This document shows positions 35,370 through 41,319 of a DNA stretch of 41,319 nucleotides, one piece after another. Positions within the stretch are counted from its first letter, which is position 1; the number at the start of each line of letters is the position of its first letter. The notes beneath the pieces are model-generated. The model had not been told where the DNA came from, ran no database searches, and saw only the letters and a program-made list of their open reading frames with translations. Source of the stretch: Gammaproteobacteria bacterium (GTDB taxonomy: Bacteria; Pseudomonadota; Gammaproteobacteria; Burkholderiales; SG8-39); contig JBGOTT010000002.1 in assembly GCA_041476585.1 (NCBI GenBank), forward strand, positions 1 to 41,319, given 5' to 3'. Both the position numbers and the translations under genes were made by a program.

Positions 35370-37757
35370 TCAATCGGTGTCCGTCCGCGTTGCATCCATC
35401 GGGACAACCAGCCCCGTGATCGACACCTGGTCCGCAGCGCAGCCGCTGGTCGCGATGCCGCCCGTTTCCGCCCGGAGTTCCAGTTCGCGCAGCGCTCCGG
35501 AGCGCGCTTCGACCACGATGCGCTGCGCATCGACAGTCACTCGCGTGCCATCGAGCCAGCCGATGCGCCGGGCGGCACCGCCCTGGCAGCGCAGCAACAG
35601 CAGCGCGCCCGCAAAGTTGATTCCCCAGGCCGAGATTTCCTTGCCGTCAGGGTCCGCGTTCAGCAGAAGGTAGTCCTGCCGATCGCCGCAGGTGACGCGG
35701 AATCCGTAGCCGGTGCCGCCGATCCCGAGCGCCTCGACTTGCGGCGCGGACTGAACGGCTGCGCCGGCCATGAGCAGGGTGGCGATGAGGGAATGCGACC
35801 CGTCCACCGCCATCCTCAGCATCGGAGCCGGCTCGAGTTGTCCGTAGCGTTCCGACAGCCATCCGGCCAGCGGAGCGTGCGAGCCGCAGAGAATGCTGCA
35901 TTCTCCGGCAGCTTCGCTGGCGGCGATCCACAAGCGCTGTCCCGCGCACTCCACCAGGAAGGCGCGTGCGCCCCGGGCGTCGAGCCGCGCGTCGCGCGCG
36001 AGCTGGTACTGGATCCAGGCTCGACCGGCGCCCGCCGCCTGCGGCAGCACGTCGTAGCACAGCCAGTAGCCGCCGCGCACGTGCACAACGCCGCGGCGAT
36101 GCCCCGCATAGGCAGTCTGCCCCGCGATCGCGCTCTCCACCCACGCCAGCACTGCGCCGCTGCGGCAAGCCCGCCCGACCGCCCTCGACTGGATCGGAGT
36201 CAGCGGAAAGTCACCGCTGCGGGGACCCAACGGATCCAGGCCGTCGAGGCAGAAACCGCTGTGCGCGCCCGCTCCGCGCAGGTGCGCGCGCCACGGCGGC
36301 GTTCCTGCCGGCCAGTTTCCCTCGCACGAGCGATAGGTATAGGTGCCCGGGTCTGCGATCACCGCGTGACCGGCGAGGTTGAGGCACACGCTGTGCAGGT
36401 CGGCATGCATGTGCCCCGGCATGACCGCCGCTTCCGGCGCGGGGCCGGTGCGCAGCACCAGGCGGGTTGCCGGGTCGGTCTCGGGGAACACGAAATAGCC
36501 GCCGTCCGGGAAAGCGCGAAATGCGCCTGCGGCAGGCTCGCGCGGCGGCGGCGCGAGCCTGCCTCCGAGCAGCCAGAAGGCGCGTTCCGAGCCGCGCGCG
36601 TCGGACTGCGGCGGCGGGCAATCGGGCGCAAACAGCGCGCGCAGGATCTCCCGCGGCGCCGACGACGCCAGCGCGTCGAATCCGTCGAGCGCGAACATCG
36701 CGCCCTCGACGCCGTCGCCTTGCGCCAGGGTCGCGGTCTCGGGACCCGACAGCTCGGCCTGGAACTCGAGCATGCGCCGCAGACGCTCGATCACCCAGTC
36801 CTCGGGCTCGGCGCCATTGCGGCGCTTGAGCAGCACATAGGCTGCGGCGAGTTCGCAGGCCAGATCGTGATAGCGCACGGAATGCTCGAAGCTCGTGCCG
36901 TCTTCGTAGATCTGGCGCCGCAACTCGCGAAGCCACACCGCTTCGCCCGCGCGTTTCCATTCTTCAGCGCCGGCGAATTCCGGAAGCAGGGTGCCCAGAT
37001 ACCAAAGCGCGAATCCATCCGCCAGCAGATGATTGTTCGCAAACGACGTGCCGAGCCGCTTCGCCAGGAAGCGCGCGTCATGCAGCAGTATGCGCAGGAT
37101 GGTGAACTCGATTTCCGTGGTGTCTTTCTCCGAGGTAGACAGGAACAACCACGCCCAGCTCAGCGCAATCGCGCGGTAGACCGCAATCAGACAGCTCGAA
37201 TAGCCGTCCGGATTGCGCGTGGCTTCGGTGTAGGCGATCCAGGAATCGAGATAAGTCTGCAGTTTCTCCTCCCTCGGTGCGCCGTAGGCGATCGCACGCG
37301 CAATGCGTACGGCGCCTGCGAAGTGATGGACGCGATCACGGGGAAGCTGATCCTCTCCCGGGCCCCGGGGGATTTCAGCCCACTGCGCAACCGAGGCCGG
37401 CGTGCTCGCCGCAGCTATTTCCTGTCTGCTCAGCGCTCGTTCGCGCCAGGACGGGTATTGCTGCGTGATTGCATCGAGCGCCTGGTCAAGTTCCTCTGCC
37501 CCGATGAAGAACCGTGGCGTGCGCCGCTGGCGGAACTGCCGAACCAGCAGCAGCTTCGCCTCGTGCAACGCGCCACGCCGGAACGAATCCTGTACCGCGC
37601 TTATAGCGGGAAGATCGGCGCGCAATTGACCGAGCACCTCCTCATCGCCCGGAAAGCGGACACACAGGTCTTCCGCTGGTGCGACGCGGCGCAATCTTCG
37701 CACCATGGAACCGATGGCGCGCCGCACTCGTGACGCCAGGCTCACGCCGGTTCGCAA
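35370..37757 (-). CDS. heparinase II/III-like (alginate-lyase-like N-terminal toroid + Hepar_II_III C-terminal domain) protein
   Basis: The middle region has NNHLLADGFALWYLG and the C-terminal region has MPGHMHADLHSVCLNLAGHAVIADPGTYTY (the GH-H-D...D-G-Y-Y signature). The start is uncertain (TTG 37757 or ATG 37706). Neither candidate N-terminus has a hydrophobic signal peptide. Confidence 0.75.
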   Translation of the reverse strand: MRTGVSLASRVRRAIGSMVRRLRRVAPAEDLCVRFPGDEEVLGQLRADLPAISAVQDSFRRGALHEAKLLLVRQFRQRRTPRFFIGAEELDQALDAITQQYPSWRERALSRQEIAAASTPASVAQWAEIPRGPGEDQLPRDRVHHFAGAVRIARAIAYGAPREEKLQTYLDSWIAYTEATRNPDGYSSCLIAVYRAIALSWAWLFLSTSEKDTTEIEFTILRILLHDARFLAKRLGTSFANNHLLADGFALWYLGTLLPEFAGAEEWKRAGEAVWLRELRRQIYEDGTSFEHSVRYHDLACELAAAYVLLKRRNGAEPEDWVIERLRRMLEFQAELSGPETATLAQGDGVEGAMFALDGFDALASSAPREILRALFAPDCPPPQSDARGSERAFWLLGGRLAPPPREPAAGAFRAFPDGGYFVFPETDPATRLVLRTGPAPEAAVMPGHMHADLHSVCLNLAGHAVIADPGTYTYRSCEGNWPAGTPPWRAHLRGAGAHSGFCLDGLDPLGPRSGDFPLTPIQSRAVGRACRSGAVLAWVESAIAGQTAYAGHRRGVVHVRGGYWLCYDVLPQAAGAGRAWIQYQLARDARLDARGARAFLVECAGQRLWIAASEAAGECSILCGSHAPLAGWLSERYGQLEPAPMLRMAVDGSHSLIATLLMAGAAVQSAPQVEALGIGGTGYGFRVTCGDRQDYLLLNADPDGKEISAWGINFAGALLLLRCQGGAARRIGWLDGTRVTVDAQRIVVEARSGALRELELRAETGGIATSGCAADQVSITGLVVPMDATRTDTD

Positions 37758-37873
37758 CCCTTGATCCGCACGCGCGGTGAGCGCGCGGCAGCGGAGCCCT
37801 GAGCCCGGGAAGTCTGGCTATACTTGCGGCTGCAGCGATCGTTCATCGTCGCTCAATTGAACGAGACCGCAGC

Positions 37874-39127
37874 GTGAGACACGCCTTGTTTGTCGTTTTT
37901 CACTATCCGCCCGAAGCAAGCAGCAGCGGGGTGTTGCGTACGCTTAAATATACCCGGTATTTGCCCGAGCACGGTTGGCGCACGACCGTACTCACGCTGA
38001 ACCGGGACGCATACGAGGTGACGGATTCGAAGCTGGAACGGCAGATCCCGGAACAGGCGCGCGTAATCCGCACCCGCTATCTGAACGCCAAGACGCATCT
38101 TTCGCTGTTCGGCATTTATCCGCCGATTCTCGCGGTCCCCGACCGCTGGATCGGCTGGTACCCTTGGGCGGTGGCGGCGGGGCGGCGCGCGCTGCGCGAA
38201 GATCCGTTCGACCTGGTTTATTCGACCAGCCCGGTCGCGACCGCGCACCTCATCGGGCGTTCGCTCGCGCGCAGTGCACGGGTGCCGCTGGTCACGGACT
38301 TTCGCGATCCCTGGTACGAGGAGCCGCCGGAGCCGGGCACGCCCGGCGTGGTGCACTGGTTTGCCCCGCGGCTCGAGCGGCGCGTAATTGCGGCTGCAAG
38401 CCATGTGGTGACCAGCACGACGCATCTGCGCGACATGCTGCAGGCGCGCTATCGCGAGCAGCCGGCGGACAAGTTCACCGCGATCCTGAACGGCTATGAC
38501 GAGGCAGACTTCGCCGCACTGCCCGCCGCGCTGGCACGCAACGACGGGCGGATGCTGGTGGTGCACGCGGGCAACATCAATCCGGAGTTCCGCGATCCGC
38601 GCCCGCTGTTTCGCGCGGCGAGGACTCTGGCCGACCAGGGCCGCATCGATGCTTCCCGGTTGCTGTTCCGGTTCATCGGCGGCGGTGCGTTCGGTGAATC
38701 CGGATCGATGCGGCAATGCCTGGCTGAAACGGGGTTGCGCGATAGCGTCGAGTTTCTGCCGCGGGTGCCGTATGAGGCGGCGCTGCAGGAGCTGGCGCGG
38801 GCCGACCTGCTGCTGTTGCTGCAGGCATCCGACGATACCGTCGGGCTGGTTCCGGCCAAGCTCTACGAATACCTGCGCGCGCAGAAACCGGTGCTGGCCC
38901 TGCTGTTTCCCGGGGCCACCGGCGAGGTGTTGAAACAGACCGGCGGCGGCTGGGCGGTCAACCCGGGCGAGGTCGCGGAGCTCGAGCGCGTGATGGGCGA
39001 AGCTTTTGCGAGATGGAGCGACGGCAGTCTGGCGGGGTACGCGGCCCGCCTGGCGGTGTTGCGGCAGTTCGATCGGCGCACGTTGACGGCGAAGCTGGCC
39101 GGCTTGTTCGATGCGCTGGCGCGGTGA
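37874..39127 (+). CDS. glycosyltransferase (GT4-like)
   Basis: GTG start. FVVFHYPPEASSSGVLRTLKYTRYLPEHGW N-terminus. The C-terminal half is GT-B-like: LLLLLQASDDTVGLVPAKLYEYLRAQKPVLAL. Confidence 0.7.
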   Translation: MRHALFVVFHYPPEASSSGVLRTLKYTRYLPEHGWRTTVLTLNRDAYEVTDSKLERQIPEQARVIRTRYLNAKTHLSLFGIYPPILAVPDRWIGWYPWAVAAGRRALREDPFDLVYSTSPVATAHLIGRSLARSARVPLVTDFRDPWYEEPPEPGTPGVVHWFAPRLERRVIAAASHVVTSTTHLRDMLQARYREQPADKFTAILNGYDEADFAALPAALARNDGRMLVVHAGNINPEFRDPRPLFRAARTLADQGRIDASRLLFRFIGGGAFGESGSMRQCLAETGLRDSVEFLPRVPYEAALQELARADLLLLLQASDDTVGLVPAKLYEYLRAQKPVLALLFPGATGEVLKQTGGGWAVNPGEVAELERVMGEAFARWSDGSLAGYAARLAVLRQFDRRTLTAKLAGLFDALAR

Positions 39128-39143
39128 GACCGGACCTGCACGC

Positions 39144-39893
39144 ATGATGCACGGCGAATCGTTTGAAAAGCGCTGGCGCGCGCGATTCGAGGGCTTCGCG
39201 CAGCACAGCGACGATGATGCCGGCATCGCGGGCTGGTCGCGCGGCGGTCTCGAGGCGCGCATGCGCAACTTTGCGCGAATCTGGCGCACCGACCGGCCGG
39301 GTGCGCGCTGGCTCGATGCCGGCTGCGGAGCGGGAACGTATTCGCGTTTTATCGCCGACCGTGGCATTCAGGTGTGCGGTTTTGATTATTCCTTCCCGAC
39401 GATCCAGAAGGCGCGCATGCGCGCTGCTCCCGGCATTGTCTGGGGCGTGGCCGATGTAACGCGCCTGCCGGCGAAAACGGGATCGTTTGACGGCGCGGTC
39501 TGCTTCGGCGTGACGCAGGCGCTCGCCGACTCGGCGCCGGCGCTGGGCGAGCTGTGCAGGGCGGTGCGGCCCGGAGGCGCGATCTGGATCGATGCGCTCA
39601 ACCGCTGGTGCCTGCCCAACCTGCTCGATACGTGGCTGCGCCGGCTGCGCGGCCGGCCGCTGCACCTGCGCTATGAGTCGCCGCGCAAACTGCGGGAATT
39701 GTTCCAAGCCAATGGCCTGGTCGACGTCCATCTGCATTGGGTGCCGATTCTGCCGGCGCGCTTGCGGCATTTGCAGTGGTTGATGGAGGCGCGCGCCACT
39801 CGATGGTTGATTCACGTGCTGCCCTGGCTCGGAACGCTGGTGAGCCACGCGTTTGTTCTCACCGGCCGCCGCGGCGGAGAAAAACCGCAGTGA
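39144..39893 (+). CDS. class I SAM-dependent methyltransferase
   Basis: ATG at 39144 (the track ORF starts at 39111). WLDAGCGAGTYS (motif I), GFDYS, FDGAVCFGV and VRPGGAIWI. Confidence 0.8.
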   Translation: MMHGESFEKRWRARFEGFAQHSDDDAGIAGWSRGGLEARMRNFARIWRTDRPGARWLDAGCGAGTYSRFIADRGIQVCGFDYSFPTIQKARMRAAPGIVWGVADVTRLPAKTGSFDGAVCFGVTQALADSAPALGELCRAVRPGGAIWIDALNRWCLPNLLDTWLRRLRGRPLHLRYESPRKLRELFQANGLVDVHLHWVPILPARLRHLQWLMEARATRWLIHVLPWLGTLVSHAFVLTGRRGGEKPQ

Positions 39894-39910
39894 CCGATCG
39901 TGCGAGGTCG

Positions 39911-40882
39911 ATGAGTCTTGTGCTGCTCAAGGCGTTGGCCGGGCTGTTTTCGCCCTCCGGCGCGAGGGCGCGGCTGTCGATCCTGATATTCCACCGGGTG
40001 CTGCGCGCACCGGACCCTTTGCTGAACGACGACCTCGACGCGGCGACCTTCGATGCGTTGATGCAGGCACTGGCTGAAGGCTGCAACGTATTGCCGCTTT
40101 CGGAGGCGGTCCGGCGGCTGCGTGCGAAGAGCCTTCCCACTCGCGCCGCGTGCGTCACCTTCGACGACGGCTACGCCGACAACTTCGAGGTCGCGCTGCC
40201 GGTGCTGCAACGCCACGGAATCACCGCCACCTTCTTCATTTCCACCGGATTCCTCGATGGCGGACGCATGTGGAACGACACGATCATCGAATCGGTGAAG
40301 CGCGCCGCGGGGCCGCAACTCGAACTCGCGGCGGCCGGACTGGGCAGCTTTTCTCTGGCGGGCATCGGCGAGCGCCGCAGCGCCGCGCTGGCGCTGATCA
40401 GGGCTGTGAAACATCGCGAGCCTGCCGAGCGGGAGGCGCTGGTGGCGCAGATCGCCGATGCGGCAAACGCGGCGTTGCCCGATGACCTCATGATGACCGC
40501 GCAGCAGGTGCGCGGGCTGCGCGCCGCCGGCATGGAGATCGGCGGGCACACCGTCCGCCATCCGATCCTGGCGCGGCTCGACTGCGCCGCGGCCCGGCGC
40601 GAGATCGCCGACGGCAAGGGCGCGCTGGAGGGCATCACCGGCGAGCGGGTGGAGCTTTTTGCGTATCCGAATGGCAAGCCCCGCGCGGATTATTCCGCCG
40701 AGCACGTCGCCTTGGTCAGGGAGATCGGCTTTACCGCCGCGGTCTCGACGGCCGCGGGCGTGGCCGATTGCGGCAGCGATCTGTATCAGCTGCCGCGCTT
40801 CACGCCCTGGGACCGGACGCCGGTACGGTTCATGCTGCGTCTCACCCGGAATCTGCTGCGCAGGCAGCGCGAGAAGGTCTAG
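39911..40882 (+). CDS. polysaccharide deacetylase (NodB homology domain)
   Basis: ATG at 39911; the alternative GTG at 39890 overlaps the upstream stop. CVTFDDGYADNFEVALPVLQRHGITATFF is NodB motifs 1-2. GGHTVRHP and FAYPNGK are also present. Confidence 0.8.
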   Translation: MSLVLLKALAGLFSPSGARARLSILIFHRVLRAPDPLLNDDLDAATFDALMQALAEGCNVLPLSEAVRRLRAKSLPTRAACVTFDDGYADNFEVALPVLQRHGITATFFISTGFLDGGRMWNDTIIESVKRAAGPQLELAAAGLGSFSLAGIGERRSAALALIRAVKHREPAEREALVAQIADAANAALPDDLMMTAQQVRGLRAAGMEIGGHTVRHPILARLDCAAARREIADGKGALEGITGERVELFAYPNGKPRADYSAEHVALVREIGFTAAVSTAAGVADCGSDLYQLPRFTPWDRTPVRFMLRLTRNLLRRQREKV

Positions 40883-41019
40883 CCAAATGAGCGGGGCCAC
40901 GTGTTGAGTGTGCCCAGCGGGCGGTTGAGTTTCCCTATCTTTTCACCCACGAGGGCCCGTTGGCCATCGAGGGCAACGTGTGTGGGCAGTTGCTGCCAAA
41001 CCCTCTCAACGGTGAACAT

Positions 41020-41319
41020 ATGCTCATAGACGAAGTGCGAATCACGCCGATCAATCGCGACCGCGTGGAGGTCAGCGCGATGTGCGGTGGTCGTTCTTTG
41101 TATTACCGTCTTCCGACATCGCGCCTCTGCCGGCGGGCGATCGGCGATGCTCTTATCTTATCGGTCCTGGCGCCGGCAATGCGTGCTGGATCTTCCATAC
41201 GGCTGCCCGATGAAATCCCCATTTCTTCGCAACTGTCCTCGAACCTCGATGGTATTCAACGTGTCTGGATGAGCTGGAATGCAGGCTTGAAGAAAGTGCG
41301 GTTGGAAGCCTCCGTTTAC
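41020..41319 (+). CDS. partial ORF of unknown function running off the window end
   Basis: The frame is open from 40891 to 41319 and is absent from the supplied track because it has no stop. The first ATG is at 41020 (MLIDEVRITPINRDRVEV...), with possible GTG/TTG starts upstream. GC is lower than the core locus. No family was recognised. Confidence 0.3.
   Translation, partial: MLIDEVRITPINRDRVEVSAMCGGRSLYYRLPTSRLCRRAIGDALILSVLAPAMRAGSSIRLPDEIPISSQLSSNLDGIQRVWMSWNAGLKKVRLEASVY

Noticed and set aside
35280-37733. 817-aa + strand ORF
   Set aside because: It is antisense to the heparinase II/III-like gene. The translation is Arg/Ala/Gly/Pro-rich with no motifs. This is the typical stop-poor shadow frame of high-GC DNA. 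The minus-strand product carries recognisable family signatures.
37815-37827. TGGCTATACTTGC in the divergent promoter gap
   Set aside because: Only 5 nt separate TGGC and TTGC, whereas 7 are required. The spacing is incompatible with sigma-54.
37853-39367. 504-aa minus-strand ORF, and similar long antisense ORFs at 6707-7819, 7960-9114, 9248-10309, 10350-11369, 13938-14993, 14978-15838, 16834-17871, 24445-25692, 25529-26707 and 39812-40900
   Set aside because: All lie opposite genes with clear family motifs and have Arg/Pro/Ala-biased, motif-free translations. They are GC-driven open frames.
41087-41272. 61-aa + strand ORF from the track
   Set aside because: It overlaps, in another frame, the longer open frame 40891-41319 that runs off the window. 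It is short and has no motifs.
1-41319. Scan for CRISPR arrays, tRNA/rRNA genes, intact IS elements or integrases, and PEP-CTERM-tailed small proteins
   Set aside because: None of these was seen: no spaced direct-repeat arrays, no cloverleaf-like or rRNA-like segments, no transposase-length ORF, and no ORF ending in a PEP motif followed by a TM segment and an Arg-rich tail. This was a visual scan only, so short or degenerate elements could have been missed.

Overview
High-GC (about 65-70% by eye) proteobacterial DNA dominated by one large exopolysaccharide (EPS) locus of the PEP-CTERM / exosortase A (XrtA) type. All family calls rest on motif recognition in the supplied translations; no BLAST or HMM search was run.

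Layout:
- 1-2135: a DsbA-like isomerase (possibly interrupted) and two crotonase-fold genes. These look like housekeeping flank.
- 2463-20749, + strand: the canonical XrtA core set. It comprises a Wza-like export lipoprotein, chain-length determinant, BY-kinase-like ATPase, beta-barrel OMP, ExeA-like ATPase, WecB, a DUF3473-type deacetylase, a FemAB-like protein, an XrtA-EpsI fusion, glycosyltransferases, UDP-glucuronate 4-epimerase, Ugd and an AsnB-like amidotransferase. Many junctions overlap by 1-4 nt.
- 20754-28268: a decoration module. It comprises a CapK/PaaK-like adenylating enzyme, Wzx-like flippase, PAPS-type sulfotransferase, an alpha/alpha-toroid protein of unknown role, and an MBOAT plus SGNH-like O-acetylation pair.
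- About 28270-31800: a visibly lower-GC (about 50-57%) island. It carries a GT-A-like gene and two minus-strand SAM methyltransferases, and ends in two head-to-head 5'-truncated rmlC fragments.
- 32053-37757, minus strand: a nodPQ-like PAPS-synthesis pair (cysD and cysN-cysC fusion) and a heparinase II/III-like gene. The cysD ORF carries an in-frame transposase-like HTH extension.
- 37874-40882, + strand: a divergent glycosyltransferase / methyltransferase / NodB-deacetylase module.

Most notable points:
- The EPS locus appears to have its own sulfation capacity: a sulfotransferase plus a dedicated PAPS supply. It also encodes uronic-acid synthesis, deacetylases and a signal-peptide-less heparinase-like protein. 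Together these suggest a sulfated, acetylated, methylated acidic polymer.
- A near-consensus sigma-54 promoter lies upstream of the chain-length gene.

No PEP-CTERM substrate gene, PrsK/PrsR/PrsT regulator, priming phosphoglycosyl transferase or Wzy-like polymerase is visible in the window. No tRNA, rRNA, CRISPR array or intact IS element was seen.
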